Part shown: positions 39,215 through 50,155 of the stretch, piece after piece
How the letters are laid out: the number at the start of each line of letters is the position of its first letter
How positions within the stretch are numbered: position 1 is the stretch's first letter
DNA from: an uncultured Chloroflexia bacterium
Lineage (GTDB): Bacteria > Chloroflexota > UBA6077 > JACCZL01
DNA length: 64,000 bases
Assembly (NCBI GenBank): GCA_963765765.1
Contig: CAVXYC010000015.1
Span: forward strand, 384,001-448,000
Direction of reading: 5' to 3'
The notes under the pieces: generated by a model
Database searches by the model: none
What the model was told of the DNA's origin: nothing
The model's input: only the letters and a program-made list of their open reading frames with translations
Program-made: the position numbers and the translations under genes

Positions 39215-40759
39215 GTGATCACTTCCGCCCGCTTGGGTGAGGGAAGCCAGCTCGTGATAGCCCAGGCGCCGGCCGCGGGTGTCCGCCGAAACGATCTACT
39301 CGTGTTCGGCGGCGTGCTCATTGCGGTGCTCCTTTACCTTCTTTACTTCATCCCCACGCTACTTGCCTGGCCGCCCGTCAATGGCGACGAGGGCCGTGAG
39401 CTCAACGCCTTCTGGGTCGCATCCGGAATTGACCCTTCGGCAAGATCGCTCGATCCAACCTATGGCCATGATCCCCTTTACAAGGGTGGTTTGCAGGGCT
39501 GGACCAGCGCACTGAGCTTTCGGCTGTTCGGGCTCAGCCTGTGGTCGGGACGCATCGTCTCGATGGTCTGGGGCGCCGTGTTGCTCGTCGGTGTCTTTCT
39601 CCTGGGTCGGAGAATGTTCGGCACCGCGGCCGGAGTCATCGGCATGGTCCTGGTAGCCATGTCACAGCCGTTTCTTGTGTCCACGCACATCGTGCGGCCA
39701 GATGTCGTGGTTGCGGCTCTCGTAGTCCTGGCTCTCTACCTGGCGGAATCCGGCGTTCACCGAGATGCCTGGCCGCTCCACGTGGGTGCCGGCCTCCTTC
39801 TTGGGCTTTCTTTCGACGTGCATCCAAACACCATCGCGTTCATGCCGATGGTGGGGCTGGTCTACTTGATTCAGTACGGACGTCAGGTCATCAACGCCAG
39901 ATCCGCATGGCTGTTTCTCGGAGGCATCGGCATCGGCACGCTGATCTATGTCGCCTATCGCATTCTGCCCAATCCTCAGCATTACTTTGATGCCTTCAGC
40001 TACTGGGTTGGGGTGGACAAGCGCCCACCCTCGCTGCGCATGCCAGGATTGCCGATGCTGCAGGCTGAGCTGAGCCGATTCAGCAGCTACTTTGACGGAC
40101 GCTCAATTGAGATCGGAGTAGTGGCTGTTGGCCTTGTTGGCGCGCTCGTTCGCCTCGGATTGCGCAAGCGCCCCGATCCGTTGCTGCCCGGATTGCTCAT
40201 AGCATTTGGCATCTTCACGGTCCTGGTAAGCAGCAAGTCCGAGTACTACATAATTCTGTTCTACCCGTTGCTTCTCCTACTCGTTGCCCGCGAGCTCGCC
40301 AGTATACCCTGGCCACGGCAATGGATTGGGATTGTGGGTGGCGCGGTGCTCATGGCGATCGCAGTCGTACCGATGGGTTTTGATGACAACGTCGGAGACA
40401 TTCAGGAGAGCCAGGTTGATTTCCAGGATCGTGATTACTTCGCACTCATCGACGAGATTCGGCATGAGATCCCAAACGGAGCATCGATACTGGCGCCGCC
40501 GGTATACTGGCCGGGTCTCTGGGACCATCCCTTTACGGACGTCTTTGTCTGGGAGCGCGTGCGCGCGGAGCGCAACCTGAGCTTCGCTGAGTTTGCGCGC
40601 GCAATCAATCCTGACTTTGTCGTGCTCGATGTCAAAGCGCGGTATGAAGTATTCCGAAACTCGCCGCGCTTCATGGATGAGTACGCACAGCTTGTCAGCT
40701 CCATTCGTCATGTTGGATATGGACGCGTTGAAATCTGGAAACGGCGTGCTACGGCCTGA
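39215..40759 (+). CDS. GT-C glycosyltransferase (PMT_2/ArnT-like)
   Basis: PPVNGDE, WSGRIVS, HIVRPDV, DVHPN, KSEYY. Confidence 0.85.
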   Translation: MITSARLGEGSQLVIAQAPAAGVRRNDLLVFGGVLIAVLLYLLYFIPTLLAWPPVNGDEGRELNAFWVASGIDPSARSLDPTYGHDPLYKGGLQGWTSALSFRLFGLSLWSGRIVSMVWGAVLLVGVFLLGRRMFGTAAGVIGMVLVAMSQPFLVSTHIVRPDVVVAALVVLALYLAESGVHRDAWPLHVGAGLLLGLSFDVHPNTIAFMPMVGLVYLIQYGRQVINARSAWLFLGGIGIGTLIYVAYRILPNPQHYFDAFSYWVGVDKRPPSLRMPGLPMLQAELSRFSSYFDGRSIEIGVVAVGLVGALVRLGLRKRPDPLLPGLLIAFGIFTVLVSSKSEYYIILFYPLLLLLVARELASIPWPRQWIGIVGGAVLMAIAVVPMGFDDNVGDIQESQVDFQDRDYFALIDEIRHEIPNGASILAPPVYWPGLWDHPFTDVFVWERVRAERNLSFAEFARAINPDFVVLDVKARYEVFRNSPRFMDEYAQLVSSIRHVGYGRVEIWKRRATA

Positions 40760-40771
40760 GTCGATGATCCG

Positions 40772-42892
40772 ATGCAGGGTGTAACCACCGCGCGCCTGCC
40801 AGACGCAGGGACTGTCGACGTCTCGGCACTTCGCCCGCGAGTAGGAGTAGGGCGGTTTATCGTCATCTTCGGACTGGCGGTTGTTCTTTTCGCACTGGCC
40901 TACATTCCGAGGACCATGATTCTCGGTGCATACCTGACGACCGATGAAGGTAACTGGATGGGCCGCACCGCGCTCTTCACCCAGGGCCTCTTGAATGGCG
41001 ATCCGTACGGTACATACCAGAGCGGACACCCCGGCGTGACTACCATGTGGACCGCGCTCGCGGGTATGGGCGTCGATCACGCGCTCGGCCTGGTTCAGTA
41101 CGTTCGGCCTGATGGTCTCGAGAAGGCGCCGGACTATCTCGATACGTTGAGACAAGCACGAAAATGGTTCCCGGCCGTCACTTCACTTGCCGTGGCGCTG
41201 ATCGGATTACTGGCGTGGCGCCTGGCCGGGCCGGCGATTGGAATCCTCAGTGCGGTGCTGGTGGGTCTCGAGCCGTTTTTTCTTGCCCATTCAGTCGTAG
41301 CCCACCTCGACGGGACGCTCACCTCGTACATGACGGTGAGCGCGCTGTGCGCGGTGATCTACTTCTGGGCTGGCGGCGGACGCGGTTACCTGGTGGGCTG
41401 TGCCGTTGCTACGGCGTTCGCATTTCTTACAAAAGCGCCGGCATCGTTCCTCGCGCTGTTCGTGCCGTTTCTGGCCGCGCTGTCGCTGATTCCTGCGCAC
41501 CGGCGCACCGCACCCGCGTTGCGCGGAGTCGTTCTCTCCCTCGCGGCCTGGGGCGTCATGATTGGACTGATTACCATCGTGCTCTGGCCATCATTCCGAG
41601 TGGATCCGATCTGGACGCTGCGGTCGATGATCGACTACACCGAGGCGGTCGGTGGTGGGGAGCACGAGAACTTCTTCCTGGGGCAGCCGGTGTCGGACCC
41701 TGGGCCGCTCTATTACCTGGTCACGATCGGCTTTCGGCTCACGCCCGTTACGGTGATCGGCCTAGCGTTAGTTCCTGTGGGACTCTTCCTCGCCGGGGCG
41801 GATCGGCGCCGCTATCTGCCGTTTGTCGGCTTTCTGTGCGCCTTCATCTTGCTTTTCTGGGCGATGATGGCGCTGCCGCCGAAGAAGTTCGATCGATACA
41901 TGCTGCCGGCATTTCCATCGCTGGAGATGCTCGCGGCGGTGGGCTACTGGCTGGTAGTTCGACGCTTCGCGGGTCGGTTTGTGAGCCCCGCGATCGCCGT
42001 GGCAACAGTCGCGCTTGGTGTTGCTCAATTTCTCCCGGCGGCGCAGGTTCATCCCTATTACCTTGCGTACTACAATCCGCTCTTCGGTGGTGGACCGGCG
42101 GCAGCGAAGGCATTCGTTGTGGGCTGGGGCGAGGGGCTGGACATCGTCGCGAATTACCTCAATAGTCGCCCGGAGGCAGAGCGGCTCACCGTCTCCGGCT
42201 TCTATCCGCGCGTCCTCATGGCGCAGTTCAAGGGTACGGTGCTGCCAGACAAGCAATACGATCCCGCGCAGGCCGACTATCTTGTGCTGTATGTGAACGC
42301 GGTGCAGCGTGACCTGGCCGATCGCCTCCGCACGGAAGCTCGAGGTCGACGATCGGAGCTTCGGGTACAGATCAACGGGATCGAATACGCGCGACTCGTG
42401 CGCGTACCGCCACCCGCTGGACGCAGTCCCGTGGGTACGGAGTTCGATGGGGCTCTTCGTTTAGAGCGTACGTACATGAAGTCTGAAGCTCGACGGTACC
42501 TGAAGTCGGACAATCTCCACGCTGGCGATACGCTCGAATTTACCCTGCGGTGGCGACTCTTGGAGCCGCTGACCACCGATCATCGTCTGACGCTGCAGAT
42601 GATGGATCGCTCAGGTCGTGTGGTGAGCGAGGCCAGCGGTCAAATCGGCACGATTGGTGGTGCGACCAGTACCATCCTTCCAGGCCAGGAGACGCTGGGG
42701 ATGTACAAGCTTGCGATCCCCGATGTAACGGGCGAGCATTCGATTGCGCTCGGCGTGGAAGATGCTGACGGTCACCGCAATGCGATCACGGCCTGGCCAG
42801 AGATGCTGAGCTCCGACGCTCGGCGTCTCGGGGACCGCGTCATCCTCGAGAATATCGACGTTCGTCCCGCCATCGATCCTGACGAAGAATAG
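40772..42892 (+). CDS. GT-C glycosyltransferase, subfamily A copy 1, with C-terminal Ig-like domain
   Basis: TTDEGNW, GHPGVTTMW, HLDG, TKAP, DPGPLYY, PKKFDRY, PYYLAYYNPL. Confidence 0.88.
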   Translation: MQGVTTARLPDAGTVDVSALRPRVGVGRFIVIFGLAVVLFALAYIPRTMILGAYLTTDEGNWMGRTALFTQGLLNGDPYGTYQSGHPGVTTMWTALAGMGVDHALGLVQYVRPDGLEKAPDYLDTLRQARKWFPAVTSLAVALIGLLAWRLAGPAIGILSAVLVGLEPFFLAHSVVAHLDGTLTSYMTVSALCAVIYFWAGGGRGYLVGCAVATAFAFLTKAPASFLALFVPFLAALSLIPAHRRTAPALRGVVLSLAAWGVMIGLITIVLWPSFRVDPIWTLRSMIDYTEAVGGGEHENFFLGQPVSDPGPLYYLVTIGFRLTPVTVIGLALVPVGLFLAGADRRRYLPFVGFLCAFILLFWAMMALPPKKFDRYMLPAFPSLEMLAAVGYWLVVRRFAGRFVSPAIAVATVALGVAQFLPAAQVHPYYLAYYNPLFGGGPAAAKAFVVGWGEGLDIVANYLNSRPEAERLTVSGFYPRVLMAQFKGTVLPDKQYDPAQADYLVLYVNAVQRDLADRLRTEARGRRSELRVQINGIEYARLVRVPPPAGRSPVGTEFDGALRLERTYMKSEARRYLKSDNLHAGDTLEFTLRWRLLEPLTTDHRLTLQMMDRSGRVVSEASGQIGTIGGATSTILPGQETLGMYKLAIPDVTGEHSIALGVEDADGHRNAITAWPEMLSSDARRLGDRVILENIDVRPAIDPDEE

Positions 42893-42922
42893 CCCCGAGC
42901 CCGGAGATGTTCCGGGGGAACC

Positions 42923-44596
42923 ATGGATCCGCCGTCAGTGCTGGAGATGGCGTTGCCGCGCACGCGAGGAGCCGATCCTATTCAAGCCACAGCCACGATC
43001 ACAGCTAAGCCCGCAGTGAGCCACCGCGCGGCGCTCGTGTTGATGACCGTGCTGGTGTTTGCCATCGCGCTGGTTCCTCGAATGGCCGGCCGTGATACCT
43101 ACGTCACATTAGACGAAGATAACTGGCTCAAACGGACGGCCGGTTTTACATACGCGCTATGGTCAGGGGAGCTGCGACGTACGTACCAGAATGGCCACCC
43201 GGGCGTCACCACGATGTGGGTTGGCATGCTGGGGCTAGGCCAGGAGCAGGCGCTCCAGTTCTCCACACGCATTCGCGGTCAGGGGCTCATTGGCAAGGTC
43301 CCTGGCTTTGAACAGGCGATTGTCGATGCACGCGGCGCTATGGCCGCTGCAACATCCTTGTTGATCGCGGCAATCTCGCTTCTCGTCGCGCGACTCTGGG
43401 GCACTGGAGTGGGCGCAACGGCGGGCTTATTACTAGCCCTGGACCCATTTTCAGTGGCGCTCGGGCAAATCTTGCACGTGGACGGTCTCCTTACCGGTTT
43501 TATGGTGACCTCGGCTCTTTGCCTGATCTGTTTCTGGTGGGAGCGGGGCTCGCGCTGGTTCCTTGTTGCCGCGGGGGTGACGGCTGGGCTAGCCATCCTC
43601 TCCAAAACGCCGGGCGTGTTCATGATTCCATTCGCTGGAGCGGTCGCTGCGCTCGCGTTCCTGACTGGGCGGGCGACGATTGGTCAGACCGTAATGGGCG
43701 TGCTCGCATTCGGCGCCCTATCAGTGGTGACCTACGTTGGGTTCTGGCCGGCACTCTGGCTGGCACCGGTGGAGATGATCGGCCGAGTAGTGGAGTTCCT
43801 GCGCGAAACTGGTGGGCAACCGCATGAGGGCGGTAGCTTCTTCATGCTCCGCAGGGTCGCTGACCCCGGCCCCCTTTTCTACCCGATTGCGCTGACATAC
43901 CGGCTGGGCGTGGGTGTGTCCCTTGGACTCGTGGCCTTCCTGCTCATTGCGCGCTCTTTGAATCGCAAGTCGCTGATTGGGCTGGTGCTGCTCTACATCG
44001 TGGCGTTCGGGCTGATGATGACGATTGGCCCTAAGAAGTTTGATCGATATGTGTTGCCGCTGGTGCCGATGATCGCTATATTGGCGGCGCTGGGCACCTG
44101 GAAGGTAGGAGAATGGCTGGCGGCGCGGCTCAGGCTTGGCGCAGCCCTGGGAGGCACCGTTGCCGCGCTGGTAGTGGTCCTACTCCAGGCCCAGAATTTG
44201 GTTGGCGCCTATCCCTACTATCTGGCCTATTACAACCCGCTCCTTGGAGGGACGACTGGCGCCGCGGAGCGCGTGATGGTGGGCTACGGCGAGGGATTGG
44301 ACCAGGTGGCAGACTGGCTGAATGCTCGGCCGAATGCAACCAGCCTATGGGTCGGCGCTCACTCGTTCGATATTCTTCAGCCGCAGATCGACGGGCAAGG
44401 CGAGTCGCTGCGTGATCGAGTCCCGAGTCAGGCCGACTACATCGTGCTCTACCGTTTTCAGCTCCAGGTAGGCCAGAGCCCCAGAGTGATCGACCAATAC
44501 CTCGGACGTCGTGAGCCAGAGCTGGTTGTGCGACTCAATGGGTTGGACTACGCGTACGTGTATCCGGGACCGCACCTTACCGGCGGCGGTCAGTGA
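42923..44596 (+). CDS. GT-C glycosyltransferase, subfamily A copy 2
   Basis: TLDEDNW, GHPGVTTMW, HVDG, SKTP, PKKFDRY, PYYLAYYNPLLGG. Confidence 0.88.
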   Translation: MDPPSVLEMALPRTRGADPIQATATITAKPAVSHRAALVLMTVLVFAIALVPRMAGRDTYVTLDEDNWLKRTAGFTYALWSGELRRTYQNGHPGVTTMWVGMLGLGQEQALQFSTRIRGQGLIGKVPGFEQAIVDARGAMAAATSLLIAAISLLVARLWGTGVGATAGLLLALDPFSVALGQILHVDGLLTGFMVTSALCLICFWWERGSRWFLVAAGVTAGLAILSKTPGVFMIPFAGAVAALAFLTGRATIGQTVMGVLAFGALSVVTYVGFWPALWLAPVEMIGRVVEFLRETGGQPHEGGSFFMLRRVADPGPLFYPIALTYRLGVGVSLGLVAFLLIARSLNRKSLIGLVLLYIVAFGLMMTIGPKKFDRYVLPLVPMIAILAALGTWKVGEWLAARLRLGAALGGTVAALVVVLLQAQNLVGAYPYYLAYYNPLLGGTTGAAERVMVGYGEGLDQVADWLNARPNATSLWVGAHSFDILQPQIDGQGESLRDRVPSQADYIVLYRFQLQVGQSPRVIDQYLGRREPELVVRLNGLDYAYVYPGPHLTGGGQ

Positions 44597-46200
44597 CCAC
44601 GCTTGCGCACGAGCCATCGATTCCCACGATGATCGTTCGCACTCGGACGCTGGTCATCGTCTTCATGGCGGTGTTCGTGCTTGCAGCGACACCCCGCCTG
44701 CTTGCGCGTGACCAGTTCATCACCTCCGACGAAGACCAGTGGATGTCTCGTAGCGGCGGTTTCGCGTACGCGCTGACAACGGGCGAGCTGCGCAGGACAT
44801 ACCAAAATGGGCATCCGGGCGTCACGACGATGTGGCTGGGCGTCTTGAGCATGAGCCCGGAACGAGCTTTTCAACTCGCTGACCGCGTCCACCGCCAACG
44901 GCTGGTGGCAGTAGTGCCCGGATTCTGGGATGCGCTGATCCAGGCGCGAGTGGGACCGGCGATCGTCACTGCACTTACCGTGGCAACCGTCGGACTGCTT
45001 GCAAGCCGAATTTGGGGTGGCGCTGTCGGATTTCTCGCCGGCGCACTGATCGCGTTGGATCCTTGGGCCATCGGGCTCCAGCAGCTCTTGCACACCGATG
45101 GTCTTCTGACGGGGTTCATGTGCGTCTCGGCACTGAGCTCGCTGGTGTTCTGGTGGCTGGGCGGCGGTCGACGATATGTGCTTCTGGGTGGAATCGCAGC
45201 CGGATTGGCGCTGCTCTCAAAGACGCCAGCACTCTTTCTGGGGCCATTCACGCTCGCTGTGGCTATGATCGCCTGGCGCAGCGGGCGAACGACGGGGCGT
45301 GAAGCTCTTGCGAGCCTTGCGCTGTTCGGGGCGTGCGCCGTTGTGACGTTCGTTGCTCTCTGGCCGGCAATCTGGCTGGCACCCGTTGAGATGCTCGGGC
45401 GAATGCTCGAATTTCTGCGGGACACCGGTGGGGAGGCGGACGAAGTCGGCTCGTTCTTCTTGGGACAAGCGCTGGGTGATCCCGGGCCTTTGTACTACCC
45501 GGTGGCGCTGGCTTTCCGACTGAGTCCCGGCATTCTGCTCGGTTTAATTGGCTTGATTGTTGGTTGGCGAACGGCCCGCGAGCGAAGTGCGTTGTACCTC
45601 GTGCTGCTGTTCATAATCGGGTTTGCGCTCATGATGATCGTAAGCCCGAAGAAGTTCGATAGATATCTACTGCCGATCGAGCCCATGCTCGCAATCCTGG
45701 CGGCGGCGGGGGCGGTCGGAGCAGCCCAAGTGCTGTTGAGGCGATCTGCCGACATGGGGGCGGTGATTGGGCTGGTAGCGCTCCAGTTGATCGCCATCGT
45801 CTCCGTCTTTCCATACTATCTTGCGTACTACAACCCACTGCTGGGCGGCGGGACTGCGGCTGCGCGCACGGTGATGGTTGGAAACGGCGAAGGCCTTGAC
45901 CGGGCCGCTGACTGGCTTAACGCACAGCCGAACGCAGCGAACCTCTGGGTGGCTGGGCATTCGTTCGACATCATGCAGGGGATGTACGTTGGCTCAGGCG
46001 AGCCACTGCGCGACCGAGCGCCGAGTCAGGCGGACTACATTCTTGTCTACGGACGTCGCATCCAGATGCGGCACTGGGGAACCTCACTTGAGGCATATAT
46101 CGCGCAGCGACAGCCCGTCCACACGGTGACGATCAACGGGATCGACTTCGTGCAAATCTACCCCGGACCGAAGCTCGAGGCGTCTCAGCGTGGCTCGTAG
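44593..46200 (+). CDS. GT-C glycosyltransferase, subfamily A copy 3
   Basis: TSDEDQW, GHPGVTTMW, HTDG, SKTP, PKKFDRY, PYYLAYYNPLLGG; GTGA coupling. Confidence 0.88.
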   Translation: MTTLAHEPSIPTMIVRTRTLVIVFMAVFVLAATPRLLARDQFITSDEDQWMSRSGGFAYALTTGELRRTYQNGHPGVTTMWLGVLSMSPERAFQLADRVHRQRLVAVVPGFWDALIQARVGPAIVTALTVATVGLLASRIWGGAVGFLAGALIALDPWAIGLQQLLHTDGLLTGFMCVSALSSLVFWWLGGGRRYVLLGGIAAGLALLSKTPALFLGPFTLAVAMIAWRSGRTTGREALASLALFGACAVVTFVALWPAIWLAPVEMLGRMLEFLRDTGGEADEVGSFFLGQALGDPGPLYYPVALAFRLSPGILLGLIGLIVGWRTARERSALYLVLLFIIGFALMMIVSPKKFDRYLLPIEPMLAILAAAGAVGAAQVLLRRSADMGAVIGLVALQLIAIVSVFPYYLAYYNPLLGGGTAAARTVMVGNGEGLDRAADWLNAQPNAANLWVAGHSFDIMQGMYVGSGEPLRDRAPSQADYILVYGRRIQMRHWGTSLEAYIAQRQPVHTVTINGIDFVQIYPGPKLEASQRGS

Positions 46201-46206
46201 TCGCCG

Positions 46207-46289
46207 CCTGGGACCATGGGCGTCCCGCCTATTCCGGCCAGATCGCATCGCGCACCGATCGGGGCGGGCGGGACGCCCGCAGCCCCAGG
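46207..46289. repeat. Inverted REP pair (GCGGGCGTCCCGCCCGC type)
   Basis: cctgggaccatgggcgtcccgcct ... gcgggcgggacgcccgcagccccagg. Confidence 0.65.
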
Positions 46290-46296
46290 GGCGGTC

Positions 46297-48190
46297 ATGA
46301 CTGAGATCGCGCAGATCGGTGGGCGGTCGATGAAAATCGCCGCTCTTGCTCTGGCACTTCTCGTCTTTGGCCTGGTGCTCACGATCCGGCTACCAGATTT
46401 AGATAAGTTCGCCACGATTGACGAATCCCGTTGGATTCAGCGCGGGGCCGACTTCTGGACCTTCATGAAGAAGGGCGACAACGCCGGGACCTTCCTCATT
46501 GGCCATCCTGGCGTCACTACGATGTGGCTGGTTGGTCTGGGAATGGGGCAGGACCGGGTGGACGCGATGGCCACAAGACCCGGTCTTGACGACGTGACTC
46601 GTCGAGCTGGCTATCTTGACGCGCTTGTCAGTGCACGGCGAGCGTTTGTCATTCTGGGCGCCATCGTTCTGGCAGTCATCACGATGCTCGTCTGGCGCCT
46701 GATTGGCCCTCAGGCCGGCGCGCTCACGGGAATACTCCTCGCTTTCGATCCGTTTCTGGCGGCGCATGGCCAGGTGGCACACTTGGACGCGACGCTGACC
46801 GGCTTCATGACTGTCGCCGCCTTGAGCGCCATGATATTCGGGCTTCGCGGTGGTGGGATCGGGTTCCTAGCGCTATCAGGCGTCGCCACTGGGATGGCGC
46901 TGTTGACCAAAGCGCCATCCATTTTTCTTCTGCCGGCGATTCCGCTGCTTGCTGGGCTCCCGCGGCTACGGGAAATGCGGACCTTCTCTCCTGAGAAGAT
47001 TCGACCGCTTATCCTGGGACTGGTAGTCTGGGGGGTTGTGGTCCTGGCCGTGGTTGTTGTGCTCTGGCCGGCGTTCCGCGTGGATGCCGTCGGGGTTGTC
47101 CAGAAGCTGATTCAGTTCACATCTCGAGTCGGTGGCGGCGAGCACGACAACTTCTTCATGGGGCGTGCGACCGATGATCCTGGCTTGATGTACTACCCCA
47201 CGATGCTGGTGTTTCGGCTAGGTCTAGGGACGCTTGCCGGAGTGGTGTTACTGGCGGTGATGCAGCGGAAGTCGGAATGGCGCGGTGTGATCGTCGCGTC
47301 CGCGCTATTCGTACTCGGCTTCGTCGTGATGATGAACCTTGGACCCAAGAAGTTCGATAGGTATCTTCTTCCGATCTTGCCCATGCTCGGTATATGGGCG
47401 GCGCTGGGCTGGTGGTCTCTGTCACGCCATGCGCGATTTGGAACAGGTGCTCGCGTTGGGCTAATCGGCGTGGCGATTGGATTGCAGCTTATCCCCACAC
47501 TGCTCGTTCGTCCGTATTACCTCTCGTACTTCAATCCACTGATGGGCGGTGGTGCGGCGGCACAGACACAGGTCCTGGTGGGATGGGGGGAAAGCATCGC
47601 TCCCGTGGCCGCGTATCTCAACGACAAGCCAATCGTCATTGGGGCGCCCACTGTTGCGTCGTCATACCATCGAGTCCTTCAAGCGCACCTCGACGGCAGT
47701 GCTCTGCCGATTGAGCGTATCGGTTTTGCCGACTATCTCGTGCCCTACGTCAATACGCTTCAGCGAGGCCTGGAGAATGACATTCTGGGAGAGTACCTGC
47801 AGTCACAAACGCCCGAGCTTTCTGTCTGGCACAACGGAATCGAGTACGCTCGCGTGTACCGCGGGCCGCACTATCCGGCGACGGTGCCCCTTGGCGCTCA
47901 ACTAGGGGGAGCGACGCTGGTGGAAGCGGTGATTGCCCGGGATCGTTCGTAACGCGGCAGACGGAGAGCATCGATACGCTGCTGCGCTGGCGCGGCGCGG
48001 CAGGCTCAGGACTGGTCACCGTGCGTCTCCTGGGACAGGACGGTCGAGCGATCGTTACTGAGAATCGCCGCATCGGCGAAGAAGGCCAGGGCGGTAATCG
48101 CGGCGGCGCTGACAATCAAGTTGCTGACTTACATACGCTGGTGGTTCCACGCAATGCATCGCCAGGCATATATCGATTGGTGCGTCTATG
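46297..48190 (+). CDS. GT-C glycosyltransferase, subfamily A copy 4, with C-terminal Ig-like domain (frameshift near 47937)
   Basis: TIDESRW, GHPGVTTMW, HLDA, PKKFDRY, PYYLSYFNPL; continues in another frame ...TLLRWRG...VRLLGQDG...HTLVVPRNASPGIYRL. Confidence 0.85.
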
Positions 48191-48267
48191 AAGGCGGAGA
48201 GGCGCAGATCGCCGAGATGCGGGTGGAGTCTTCGCCGGCCGGTAACTTTGGTGGTGGTCTTGCTTTA

Positions 48268-48380
48268 CGCTCACCCCAACCGCTCCCAATGGGAGAGGGA
48301 GTGCGGCTGGGGGCGGTGAACGCTCGGTATCTCCCCGGGTGGCTTCCTCTGCCCAAAGGGAGAGGGAGCTGGGTGAGGGT
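48268..48380. repeat. REPIN-like inverted pair (CCCTCACCCC..GGGAGAGGG family)
   Basis: ctcaccccaaccgctcccaatgggagaggg ... cctctgcccaaagggagagggagctgggtgaggg. Confidence 0.7.
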
Positions 48381-48394
48381 GGAGCAGACTTCCC

Positions 48395-50030
48395 ATGCCA
48401 GCCCAGGTAGTCTCCACAAATCGGAGCATGCAGGCACCCGCGCATCATCGTCCTCACTCGACGGTATCTTCGTCATAGCCCTCGTTGTCCGCTTCTGGTC
48501 GCTCGATTGGCAGCTTCCGTTCGCCTTACACCCCGACGAAGGTCACTACGTCTGGAAGGCTGAGGAGATGTTTCGCAACAGCGATCTGAATCCTAGGTAT
48601 TTCCGCAATCCGTCGCTGTTCACGTACACGATCCTGGGCGAGCTCAAGCTTGGCGAGCTCTTAGGCGCGCTCCAGCCGCGGGCGGAAGCGGGGGAGGGGC
48701 TTTTTCAAGCGCCGTCCGTTTACATGTACCTTGGACGCGCGACGAGCGCGTTGCTCGGAGCATTCAGCGTCGTGGTGGTGTATGCGCTCGGCCATGCATT
48801 TGCTGGTCCTGCGGTCGGGCTTCTCGGCTCACTGTTCCTGGCACTGAATTTCTTGCACGTTCGAGATTCTCATTACGCAACGAACGACGTTCCGGCCGTC
48901 GCCGTGGCGCTTCTGTCGGTCTGGCTCAGTGTCCGCGCATTCAAGCATCCGACGATTGGGCGGTTCGTATCGGGCGGGCTGGTCGGGGGGCTCGCCACCT
49001 CCGCGAAATACAGTATGGGACTGTGCTTGCTGCCACTCGCCCTGGCATGGCTGCTTACGCGCGATGGTGCGTGGACGATTGCGCCGGCGAGGACTCGGCC
49101 TCGTGATGGCAGGCCTCGCGTCGGCAGTCGGTTATCTCGCGGGGACTCCATACACCTTGCTGACCTGGGACAAATTTCGGACCGATTTCCTAGTGCAGCT
49201 GCGCCTCGGAGGTGAAGGTTGGGAAGGCCAGTCCTTCGCGTCTGTGCCTCAGCTCTACGTCGAGACGCTGATGACCGGGATCGGCTGGCCGCTCGTGGCC
49301 CTGGCGGCGCTTGGAGCTGTCCTGGCGCTCAAACGCGACTGGCGAATCGCCTTAGTGCTGCTCGCTTTCCCCGTCGGCTACGGGCTCTTCATGGCTCGTC
49401 AGCAGCTTTTCTTTGCCCGATTCGCATTGCCGCTTGCGCCGTTTTTCGCGGTGTTCGGCGCGTATGCCATCGTGCAAGCGGCCAAGCTCGTGGGGAACCC
49501 GAGGACTCAGGTCGTGCTCGCGACCGCGCTAGCGGTGATTGCGCTCGGCTTCCTTCAGTGATTTCGGTCGCCGCGCACAACGTTTTGATCAGCCGCCCGG
49601 ACACCCGCGTCGAGGCGTTTGACTGGATGCGGGCAACACTCCCGCCAAAAACCAAAATCGCCATCGAGGATTACACCATCCGAGACCGGCGCCGAGAGCG
49701 TATCTGGATGACGGCCGCTTCTTTGACACGGATCTGATCAATGTCAACGACATCCGTGATCCAGTGAGCGTCCTCCGCGGCTCCTTCGCCTACGTCGTCA
49801 CGTCGAGCTTCAACTCCGATCGCTTCACGTCTGACCTTGATCGTTTTCCGCGGCAGAATGCGTTTTATCAGGCGCTGGATCGCGAGGCGCGGCTCGTTGC
49901 TGAGTTCAAGCCCGGCAAGGGTGACCTTGCTCTGCCATTTGATATCGAGGATCTGTACACGCCGTTCTGGCGGCTGGACCGATACGAGCGGATGGGACCG
50001 ACGGTGCGGATCTATCAAGCAGGCGGATAG
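48395..50030 (+). CDS. GT-C glycosyltransferase (HPDE-type; frameshifts near 48455, 49085, 49555, 49705)
   Basis: RFWSLDWQLPFALHPDE, LNPRYFRNPSL, SHYATNDVP, LATSAKY, TPY, FARFALPL, DTRVEAFDW, ERMGPTVRIY. Confidence 0.85.
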
Positions 50031-50035
50031 TCCCG

Positions 50036-50148
50036 CGCGAAGCGCTCTGCAGTGCGTGCCCGGAGCGCCGCTTTCAGGTCTCTCGGTCTCAATACGGGAT
50101 ATCTGAGACGGAGCGGTGCTCCGGGCACGCACTGCAGAGCGCTTCGCG
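50036..50148. repeat. 37-bp inverted repeat between convergent genes (REPIN-like, possible bidirectional terminator)
   Basis: cgcgaagcgctctgcagtgcgtgcccggagcgccgct / agcggtgctccgggcacgcactgcagagcgcttcgcg, one G:T. Confidence 0.8.
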
Positions 50149-50155
50149 TCGAGGG

